From contig BFEA01000015.1 of NCBI GenBank assembly GCA_003427395.1, forward strand, positions 6,154,978-6,218,977: a stretch of 64,000 nt of DNA. Direction: 5' to 3'. Below the pieces are notes generated by a model, which was not told the DNA's origin, ran no database searches, and saw nothing but the letters and a program-made list of their open reading frames with translations. The DNA is from Chara braunii (taxonomy: Eukaryota; Plantae; Charophyceae). Within the stretch, counting starts at the first letter, position 1. The number at the start of each line of letters is the position of its first letter. This document shows, piece by piece, positions 49,555-60,082 of this stretch. Made by a program: the position numbers and the translations under genes.

Positions 49555-52485
49555 ATGGCCCCGACGTGGAAAAAAAAGCAAAAATTGCCAGCAATGATCT
49601 TCTTCCAGGGAGCCATGAGGCACCATGCAGCACAAAGCCTCTCGGCACAATCAGGGACACAGTCGAAGGCCAGCTCATCCACGATGACTGCTGGAGCTAA
49701 GCCACAGACACAACAAACGCACGGGGAAACCCAACTCCAACATGCACACGGGGTAGAGGGTCATCCACAGTCCCAACAGACAGAAGTGAGGGAAGGCAGT
49801 CAAGGGCAACCAAGATCCCAACAGAACCTGCAAGAAACTGNNNNNNNNNNNNNNNNNNNNNNNNNNNNNNNNNNNNNNNNNNNNNNNNNNNNNNNNNNNN
49901 NNNNNNNNNNNNNNNNNNNNNNNNNNNNNNNNNNNNNNNNNNNNNNNNNNNNNNNNNNNNNNNNNNNNNNNNNNNNNNNNNNNNNNNNNNNNNNNNNNNN
50001 NNNNNNNNNNNNNNNNNNNNNNNNNNNNNNNNNNNNNNNNNNNNNNNNNNNNNNNNNNNNNNNNNNNNNNNNNNNNNNNNNNNNNNNNNNCACGGGGTAG
50101 AGGGTCATCCACAGTCCCAACAGACAGAAGTGAGGGAAGGCAGTCAAGGGCAACCAAGATCCCAACAGAACCTGCAAGAAACTGACACACGCACCTGGGC
50201 ACAAAGAGTCAAGAGACCTTTCAGCCAAGAAAAGCTAAATATTAAAAGACAGTCCAGAGGTGAGTCAAAAGAAGAGAACCTGGCGATCCTCCTAGGCAGG
50301 CTGACTTCAGCCAGTGCGTTTTTTTATGACAAGGCTCCTCACAGCATCGGAGAAATTGGTGAGGGAGCGAGGGGGGAAAAAAGTCATGATCACACACCTC
50401 CAGGAAGCGGGCCTGGAGGTGAGGGACAGGATCTACACAGAACACGCAACCAACTAAGTGTTTCACGACGATGCGAGCTACAAGTCTACGAACGACAAGA
50501 TTGGATGGATCAGGAAGAAATTGGAGGCGTTAAAAGGAAATAAGGAAATCGCAGCAGATTCATTCCTCATCCACCCGGTTTCGAAAACAATCTTTACGGT
50601 GCTCAGCATGTGCACAGAAGATAAAAAAACGATGGACAGATGGAGGAAGATACGCTGTGATAGATCTGAAGTCCGACTTTACCCGTGGTCCCCCCAAAAA
50701 CGTGCCACACCGGAGGAGCGGAGAGACAAACTGATGGCGGACTACTTTTATGTTGAATTTCATCATATTCCCATCGAAATTCAAGCAATGTTTGTACAGG
50801 ATTTCGGAGAGAGATTCAATATTATTGACTTTATAGACCCCCTTCCTCGTTATGGAAGGGACGACTATATGATGTTGGCACTAGACTATCCTCCAAACCA
50901 GCCGTTCTCATTGGACGATGTGATACCATATTGGGTAGTTGACCAGGAATATAAGGTCTACACCGCACACAAACTTAGACCGTGGTGCATGAAATGCAAG
51001 GCATACAGCCACCTATGCACCGAACAGGTTTGCTCGCAACACCTAGGCAGGAAAGCGAGGATCACAAGGAGACTGACTCGGGACCCTTTCAAAATAGACA
51101 GTTGAAGAACACTCGACCCCGGACAGGAAGGCTGGGTCTTCATAGACCAGGAGGAGGATGGAAAGACGAAGGGGTGGATATCGGAAAGACAAACAAAACT
51201 GGAATGGAGCACTAAACCGCTCGAGGAGTGGGTATCTCCGAAGCCGGTGGAGGTACACGTGAGTGCCTCAACAGATACACCCAAGAAAAACTTTGGGACG
51301 TTGGCTGCACAAGAAAAAGTGAAACAGAATGAACAAAATAGGTACGACGACAGGGCTGTGGGAAAAGGAAAGGAAAAAGAGCCAGATCCAGAACAGTATA
51401 TGGACATCAACTCACTCTCAATAGATGTCCGACCAGGGGGGGCCGGGCCAGATGGATGGGGGGTCATCCAAGCAAATCAGCACCGAAAACCGGTTTGGGC
51501 CACTTGAGGTGGAAGAAGGGGAGGGAGAGGAGAAAGTGGAAGACTTGGGGGACGACAATGCAGGCCTGATGGAGCTAAGGAAGACGAAGAAAAGAACGCG
51601 GAAAAACAAAAAAAAGAACCAGGACGAAGAACTAGGAACCGTGGAAGAGGAAAATCAGGATCAGGCTAAGAAAATGACTGAACATGCAAAGTCGGCAGAA
51701 AGCCGAGATCCATTCAAAGAAGTCTTTGGATCTCGTCCAATGGACTGGGATGCATCCCCCCTAGCGCACCCCTCACCCTTACCTCCCCCACCGGACGTTA
51801 TCATGTCTGAGTGTTTCCCAGAAAGAACCGATGAGTCTAAAAGTGACAACGGAAAAAACTCAGGGGAGGGAGTCGAACACACAGCAGGCTTAGCAGACCA
51901 AGCCCAGGCTACAGTAGAGACGAAATTGATGGAGGTGACAGACTGGCTGATATTGCGATTGCAGGAGAGGCACCCGGAGAAGACAACTGAATTCTGGGAC
52001 AAATCCTACGTAGAACTTTTCGACCTGCTGGACTCACGCCCCAGTTTGAAAGAAGTTCTGCAAAACGGGGTACCACAAAAGATCCACTTTGCAAGGATCA
52101 TGCAAAAATTTTTGGCAAAAATCCTAGCAGGATTCTCATGCCCGCAGGCCGACGAAGAAGAAAGCGGAACAACAAAAGAGACAAAACAGGCCGCTACACA
52201 CACCCCACACACCCCAGTCCCCCACAAAGATATCACGCCCCCCCCCTACCGCAGGCCCCAGAATCATCAGCAGAGGGGGAAGGGATGCAACAAGATGGGG
52301 AACAGAGGACAAGACTGAAAAATAAAGGGAAAGTAAAGGACGAAATAACAACTAAGCGAAAGCGACTGAGGCACCTGGCGGAGAGAGGACAACATGAGCA
52401 CAAACTTTCCACAGAGGGAGTCTTGGTTCTTCCGATCAGAAAGAAGGAAGGAAAAAGGGAATTGGGCATGACTAAGGCAGTGGGA
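49555..52485 (+). pseudogene. LINE ORF1-like (gag-like) pseudogene, cut at 52486 by another element
   Basis: TWAQRVK motif, knuckle CMKCKAYSHLCTEQVC and a long charged low-complexity tail. Sequence character changes abruptly at 52486. Confidence 0.6.
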
Positions 52486-52583
52486 AGCAGCGATTTCGTT
52501 AAAACGGACATTTTTTAATTTTTGCGCGAAATTGAAAGTCCTTTTTTTGCGATTTTTTGTATGTAATTTATTAAGTATGTTAT

Positions 52584-52721
52584 GGGGTAAGGGGGTAAGG
52601 GGGTAAAGGGGTAAGGGGTAAAGGGGTAAGGGGTAAGGGGTAAGGGGTAAGGGGTAAGGGGTAAGGGGTAAGGGATAAGGGATAAGGGGTAATATGGGTA
52701 AGGGGTAAGGGGTAAGGGGTA
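52584..52721 (+). repeat. (GGGGTAA)n tandem repeat
   Basis: Roughly 19 partly degenerate units. Confidence 0.95.
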
Positions 52722-52923
52722 GCAATGGTACGAGCTCAACAAAGTAACACAGTAATGGTGTTCAATCGGGCATGTTGCGCTGTTTCTTTGTTAAATACAT
52801 CCGAACATATTCATGGGTGTCTATCTACTATAGCTGATAAACTCTTTACATTTGCACAATATGAACAAGTGATTTTCTTTGATAATGTCGTCTATCATAT
52901 GTCCTTTGTTGCACAAGTCACCC

Positions 52924-53781
52924 CTACTTCGGTGTGACAAGTACATCTAAAGCGATCCGTCCCCTTATATCCTGGATGTCGTCGAAAGAGAAGTTGAACG
53001 GCGGGAGAAATCCTCTTGCCAATAGTGACGCGTATGTTAGCATAAACACACCGCATTCGTTAATGTCGCGTTGTCTAGGAATGCCTGACACATTCCATAT
53101 ATGGTTGAAATCTTTTGTATCTACCACCTTACCCTGTTCAACTGATCTTTCGAACAAAAATCTTTCGAAACCACCTGTCACTTTCCTTGCGAATTCTTTG
53201 TCAGGGGTAAGTGAGTCGTAGTACTCTATTTTCTGGCGTCTCAAGTCCGCTATTACTAGTGTCCAATGGTTGGACATCCGAACATGGAATAAAGCTATTA
53301 TTAAGTCTACGTCGCCCACATCGATATCTGTCATCCACTTTCGCACTGCGCTATATTTGTATTGCATATCGTCATCGAACAATTTCGTGAAGAAGAAGGA
53401 ACTAAAAATTGTTGTTATCGGGATGCGCCCTTTTCCTTCTACTACAGTTCCGTCTTGTCCACTGTTACACTCGCGATGGCTTATCCGACACATGTTGTCA
53501 AGCCTAACGAGGTTCAAATAAAAGTTAACTATTTCGTTGTTCAACCATTTGTCTTGAAGCAATACCAAGCTCAAATCATGCCCGGTTAGTGTTAGTTCTT
53601 CTTTTGTTGCCCCGTTGTACGTGGATGTCCAGACCGTTCGGTTCTCCACTTGCACTGAATCTCGTAAACGTTGTACCGCGGCCTTCTCCTTCTCCGACAA
53701 TTTATCCGTTGCTAAGTGGATCGTCCATCTCTGTTTGCATCTTCGTACTTCTTCTATGTTCCGTCTTTCTGCACATGACAA
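52924..53781 (-). CDS. Ulp1/SENP-family (peptidase C48) SUMO protease domain
   Basis: WLNNEIVNFY, FSSFFFTKL, NHW, YYDSL, PRQRDINECGVF: the His-Asp-Cys triad and oxyanion Gln are present. Confidence 0.93.
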   Translation of the reverse strand: MSCAERRNIEEVRRCKQRWTIHLATDKLSEKEKAAVQRLRDSVQVENRTVWTSTYNGATKEELTLTGHDLSLVLLQDKWLNNEIVNFYLNLVRLDNMCRISHRECNSGQDGTVVEGKGRIPITTIFSSFFFTKLFDDDMQYKYSAVRKWMTDIDVGDVDLIIALFHVRMSNHWTLVIADLRRQKIEYYDSLTPDKEFARKVTGGFERFLFERSVEQGKVVDTKDFNHIWNVSGIPRQRDINECGVFMLTYASLLARGFLPPFNFSFDDIQDIRGRIALDVLVTPK

Positions 53782-54248
53782 TGCATTATGCGTCAGCGTA
53801 AGATATCAATATTGGGGCTTGCCATATTTGCATGCCCGAAACGGCCTTCAAAATTTCAATTGCTAAATCCTGCCAACATGATACTATAACGAGTATACAT
53901 AAACACCCCGACCTCCACCCTTCCGCGTAATATATCGATCAATGAAGCTTATCGCAATCTATGGTGGTTATCGGTAACCCTGCTTCCATCTGTTCACTGT
54001 TGATCATGTTCATTACTATTGGTAAAATTTTCAAAATAAGTTCATAATATTCATAGTACGCTACAAGATGGCACAACAAGTTCTCAGAAATCTTAGGTGT
54101 CATTTGCACATGACAGGCAAAGTGCCCCATATAGTGCATTTTCATATGCCTTCATTATAAAACTGTACCAAGCACGTGCACACAATTTAGTCCACACACA
54201 CAGAACCTTGCGCTGCTAACGAGTCAACCTCTGCGTTCTCAAACCCAG

Positions 54249-54269
54249 ACACACACATACACACACACA

Positions 54270-54343
<74 letters not shown>

Positions 54344-54358
54344 NNNNNNNNNNNNNNN

Positions 54359-54410
<52 letters not shown>
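54249..54410 (+). repeat. (CA)n microsatellite
   Basis: Direct reading of the sequence. Confidence 0.98.
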
Positions 54411-54414
<4 letters not shown>

Positions 54415-54476
54415 AATCTACGTATAGATATGGGTCACCCTCTATGAACGGTAGTGTAATTTCGAGAACTGCACTG

Positions 54477-57400
54477 TCACAATAACACTTCCAATAACAC
54501 AAGAGTATAACCTATAACGTGTAGACACCATTCCTGTCTCACATAGTTTTCAAACCTACCGAGTTGCGACAACACATCTATATAACCTGAACTGTGAAAA
54601 CGTCCAATCACTGGCCTCGTCGACCATCTCAGTTGTTGCACGTCCTTTTCGTGGTCACCTTCAACTCTTGGCGTATTGTTGTCATCTTTTTGTTCCTTCT
54701 CTTGGATCATATCCTCGTTCGTACTCTCCGATGTCATATCTATTATGGAAATGTGTTCGCGGGATCCCTCACCTTTCGTTGCCTGCTCTGTTGTTGTTGC
54801 CAAATCCTCTTGTGGCACCTTCACCGCCTGACTTTCATCATCCTGGCCATCATCGGTCTCCATCATCTCAGATACGCCTTGCCTCGCCGCCATTGTCACT
54901 ACAAGAGACCCGAAAGATCCAACGTTTGTTGTCCCATCGTTGACCCCCCCTGTTGGCTGCTCTGTCAATGCGCCCGACTCCATGTCATCGTCGTCTTTGC
55001 GTATCATTGTGGAATCCCCAATTGCGATTCTCGGAGTGCTTTGTTGAGCATATGCTTGCTGCTGTTCATCCTTCGCAGGCTGGATCCCCTCTGGCAATCG
55101 GAATGATGGTGTTAGATGTGATAACGTCCTGAGTCTTCAGAGAGTTGATGCTATCGTTTCCTTGTACTGCTGAAGCCAGTTCGATTTTCCAATTGATGGA
55201 GCCGTACGATACACTTGATGCAAGGTCGTAGAACTTTGTGCTGAATTCTAGCTTTTTGTTCGCACGCAGATGCTCGAACAAAGCTTTCCCCTTTGCCGCT
55301 ATAGCTTCCTCGCTTGCACCGGCGTTTTCTTCCAAAACTCGCCGAAAAATTTGCGTTTTCGTCACGCTGTGCCATATCGCAGAGTCCTTTTTTTCCTTGA
55401 CGACCCACCCTCGGTCTCTTGTCTTCACAGCCATCTGCCACTTGCTTGCAAACACACACGGTTCGAACACACCCTCATGCCAGAGAATATGATGACCCCA
55501 ATCCTCCTCCGATGACTCTTTGTACTTGTCCTGCAGCAAGTATGACACTGAAGGGTCTGGGGCAAAGCCTTGAGGCAACGGTCTTCCTGGCACGAGCTTC
55601 GGCGTGAGTGCTGCCATATCCAACTCTTCGTCTTCATCGGTGTCCATGGACATGAGTGTTCGTTGCTCGGCCTGCGGTGCATGTGTCGATGATGGCCCAG
55701 CTGTCGGCGGGGCCATTGCACACCCATTCTCTCCTCCCCCTGTGTTGCCCTGTGAGTTAATTATCCCCTCACTCGCACCCACCGGGTTTGTTGGTACACC
55801 ATTCCTTTCTCCCCTTCTAGTCATTCTTGTTTCCACATTTCCCTCACTCGCACGTGTTGCTCCCATACTCGAACTCGCCTTCTCTGCAGGTCCGTTGGTG
55901 CTCCCTTGCGGCTCCTCGCCACGCGCTCCCTCCGCCGCACCTCGTGCCGCGCGCGACGGGATGTCCAGGTCGGAGTCTGACGTGTCTTCGTCGCAATCGA
56001 TGTTGTTGAAGTTGCCGGCTTTACGTGCCAAGTCTGCATAGCCCCGGCTTGACAGTGCTCTTTTCTTCATATTGAAATACAGATGCTCACAACGTGCGAC
56101 AAACATGTGGAAAGCACCCATGTGCGAGCCATGGAGTTGGCTTTTCCTGATGACGTAGTCGTTACCAACCGCCGACTGTGGAGCGTCACCGAACAAGTAA
56201 GCCCACACTTTCTCCCTCTTTCTACCGAGCTTATAGTATATGTCCCGGTCCTTCCCGCCATGAATCTCATCAGGACCACCTAAACGCCTCGGCACCTTCC
56301 TCGCCTTGCGTCAGGGATGCGGTCGCGTTCCTCGGTTCATTTTTCGTCGGTGAGGCCGTTTTTGCTGTATCTTTCCAAGATGGTCGTATAACCGATGAAG
56401 AAGTCAACGTTCCACTCTTCCTTTGACCTCCCCTCGACCTTCAACAATATGTAGTTGAACATACAGACTATATATCTCTCACCCCGAATATATTTTACCA
56501 GGTCCGCCATGTTGCATCTACCACGAGGTACCGTACGTGATGTCACGATGACATCACCACGCGTTATGTGATGCAGCGCCACTTGCTTCTCTCTCGCTGT
56601 CATATCACCAAACAACTTAAAGATTGAGGGCGTCAAGTCCAGTATAGACATTGTTGCGCCTTGCGACCCCTTTCTGGCCTTGATGCAGTGGTACAAGACT
56701 TTTTTGTCGGAGTTGTCATTGAGGAAGTATTGCCCAGGCAGCCTTCCTTCCACTTTCCGCGGCAGATCGACGTATCTCACACCGTCGATTCTTGGCAATA
56801 GTCTTTTCTCGTACATGCCAAAGAATTTGTCTACCAGTGGCCATACCGTCTCGCCGCACTGCGCAAGATTCATGTATCCGCGCATCTTGTTCGTCCAGTC
56901 CTTGCAGTAGTCGTTCTCCAGGGACAAGTTCATGAGACCGGAGTCAGGTGTAATTTTGCAGGCGGCGTTCATGAATGCTTCCCACTTCTTTTTCCGTTCC
57001 ATTCCCTCGACGTCATTCGGGGACATGGTGCCCGGAGGACGGATCCGGTCTTTCCTCTTATCCCAAAATCTTCTGATTTGTCGCACAGACGACGAAAACG
57101 ATCTCGGGATGGAACGCTCCTCCCTCGTGTTGTCGAATGTCGAGACATACGGATATCCTCTCTTTTTGTCGTCTTCAAAGTAGACAACGCGTACGTGAGA
57201 GTACGACCTCAAGCCGTACACTTTCTCGGCCGGTGACTTGTCCTTAATGAGTATGTTCATTGCCTCAGCCGTGTGCTGGCCAGCAACAGCATACCAGTGG
57301 TATGTATGAGCCAGTGCGACGTCGAATTCCTTCGGTGCGATCCGTCTGCCTTGAGAGCCGTCCCCGTTCGGTACGATGGGAGCCAGGATGAAAGTCATGA

Positions 57401-59042
57401 TATCCCACTTCCCGTTGGTTTCCTTAGCCTCATAATGGATCGCATCCTATATGGACTGTACCAACGTTTTGTCCAATGTTCTATGGTTGAAGAGGATGTC
57501 ACCTTCAAGAATTGGCAAGATCTTCGTTACATCCACTTGAATGTGTTCCCGATTCTTCTTCGCAAACCCATCCTCATCGAACTCCAAAAAGAAGCACCGT
57601 GTTGTGTCGATGGCGTCATAACGGGTGTCAGCGGAAGGTTGTGTCGGTTCCGACGGAGCCCTTGGAGCAACCCCTTCGGCGTCCTCTCCGGAGTCACCCT
57701 CATCGACCATCTGCTTTCTTTTCAGTGGACGTTTCTCCGCTTTTGTCGTCCTGGTTGACGCCTTCCCTTTGCGGTTCTTCACGTTTTCTGCGACCGCCTC
57801 TTGAGAAGCTCTGAGTGTCTCTCGAGATGCAGCGACAGTGAGTCTCTTCGCAGCGCGTTTATCCGCCATCGCCGTTTGACTTATTGAAGAATGCCGCTTC
57901 CTTTTGTGCACACTGCCCTCCGACCAATCTCCTGTTCCCTCATCGACCTCCACATCAGGTGACGCTTCTTGCCCTCTATCCTCATCATCGCCAGGATAGG
58001 CATCATCGTTTTCTCCATCGCCCCCATAGTCCCCCTCGTCGTGTTGTCGAGACTCCCCGTCATCGCAGTCGTGCATAGATTCCTCACGATCCTCTCCCTC
58101 TCTCTCTCTCTCCCTTTTCTCCTCTTCGACATCGTCCTCTTCGACCCCACATTCCTCATCGTCGACGGCATGATTACCCTGCGGATGCTGATCAACACCA
58201 ATCCCAGGATCATCCTCCGTTTCCTCGTCCGATCCTTCGCTTATCTCCTGCGGGGCAGCCCTTCCCCGTATGCACCACCATAGTCTTTCTGGCGGGTAGT
58301 AGACGAAGCAGTTGACAAGGCCTTCCTTCTGTATGTAATGACAGGGGTGCCTTCGTCTTGCCGGGTGGACGGCTGAGACGGTCCTGCACATTCCCTCTGG
58401 TGGGTCGATTCCACAGGAGGACCACGAGCCCCTTCGTCAGGATGATGACGAGGCTGGGTCCGTTTGTTGCGGCGCCGGCTTCCACCCGCCGACGTCTGCT
58501 GTGTTGGAAAACAAAGTGGCGTCATCTGTCTCTCCCTCTTTGCTATGCCGGGGAGATCCTTGTCCGGCGTGTCAAAAGGCACGAGTGTCGAATGCATACA
58601 ATGCCCGGCCTGTACCGTGGGATTGTTTCCGGATTTCCTGTACCCGTTCGTTTTGGCGAGGAATTTCACAGGGCCAAGCATCATCAACACACTCCCGTCT
58701 TCTTTCGGGGAGACATCGAAGGCTTTCATAGTAATCGCCTTACCTCCATACCCCTTGAGAAAATTGTAATCAAGGCTGACTTTATTGTCGACCTTCGCAT
58801 GGTCCCCTCCCTATTCTTCGTACACCGTTGTGAGGAAAAACCTCCTGAACTTCCGTCCATGCCCGTCCGCCCTCTCATCCTCGGATTTAATAATCCCTCC
58901 AACACAGAACCAGTTGTCACCCGTGGCGGTCTTCAGAAACAAAGCAGCCCCACATCCTGCCTCGTGTAGGCCCCCCACCCAATCAAGGGCCCACTCCCTA
59001 TCTCTACACATTGAGCAGATCTTATAGACTCTCTTTTCCTGG
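54477..59042 (-). pseudogene. Long decayed ORF with acidic linkers and a ParB/Srx(DGQHR)-like segment
   Basis: Consecutive minus-strand ORFs; 57447-58391 and 56337-57398 share a frame across one stop. Motifs FNHRTLDKTLVQSI and WYAVAGQHTAEA. Confidence 0.55.
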
Positions 59043-59065
59043 ACAGTAGATGCTCTCAATGCGAA

Positions 59066-59841
59066 ACGAGCGGGGGTACGGCGTTTCGAGAACATCGCAC
59101 CCCCGCTCCCTTCCCCCCCCACCGCGAATCGGCGGGGGTATGGCGTTTTCAAAATGTCGTACCCCTTCGGCTCTGTCCACATACAGGGCCTAGGGGGTAC
59201 GGCTCTGTTACGATAACACCGCACCCCCGTTCCCTCCCCCCGCCTCGAACCGGAGAGGGTACTGCGTTCTCGAACCTCCGGACCCCCTCCGGTTCCCGGG
59301 AAGCGAAAGGAGCGGGGGTGGAACGCCGTACCCCCCGCTCCCTCCCTCGCTGACAACCGGAGGGGGGGTACGACGTTTTCAAAACGCCGTACCCCCTCCG
59401 GTTCCCGGCGGGGGAGGGAGCGGGGGTACGGCGTTTCGAGAACGCTGTACCCCCGCTCCCTCCCCCGCCGAGATCCGGATGGGTACAGCGTTTTCAAAAT
59501 GCCGTACCCCCACTCCCTCCCCCGCCGAGAACCGGATGGGTACGCCGGACCCCCTCCGGTTCCCGGGAAGCGAAAGGAGCGGGGGTACGGTGTTCCGAGA
59601 ACGCCGTACCCCCGCTCCCTCCCTAGCTGACAACCGGAGGAGGAGTACGGCGTTTTCAAAACGCCGTACCCTCTCCCGTTCTCGGCGGGGGAGGGAGCGA
59701 CGGAGCGGGGGTACGGCGTTCCGAAAATGTCGTACCCCCGCTCCCTTCCCCGCCGTCAACAAGAGGGGGTACGGCGTTCCGAAAACGCCGTATCCCCACC
59801 GGTTATCGGCGGGGGCTGGAGCGGGGGCATGGCGGGCCGGA
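59066..59841. repeat. Array of ~33-bp palindromes GGGGGTACGGCGTTTTCAAAACGCCGTACCCCC with GC-rich spacers
   Basis: About ten copies are visible before the gap. Confidence 0.9.
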
Positions 59842-60082
59842 NNNNNNNNNNNNNNNNNNNNNNNNNNNNNNNNNNNNNNNNNNNNNNNNNNNNNNNNNNN
59901 NNNNNNNNNNNNNNNNNNNNNNNNNNNNNNNNNNNNNNNNNNNNNNNNNNNNNNNNNNNNNNNNNNNNNNNNNNNNNNNNNNNNNNNNNNNNNNNNNNNN
60001 NNNNNNNNNNNNNNNNNNNNNNNNNNNNNNNNNNNNNNNNNNNNNNNNNNNNNNNNNNNNNNNNNNNNNNNNNNNNNNNNNN

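Larger units (their letters stand above)
52486..59841 (-). mobile_element. Large putative DNA transposon (left terminus at 52486; right end not identified)
   Basis: Terminus agcagcgatttcgttaaaacggacatttttt resembles the MITE TIRs at 299 and 24786. Carries a Ulp1 ORF and a long decayed ORF. Confidence 0.6.

Noticed and set aside
49748-50183. Tandem duplication in LINE ORF1
   Set aside because: Identical ~92-bp copies flank an N-gap, most likely an unmerged contig overlap.
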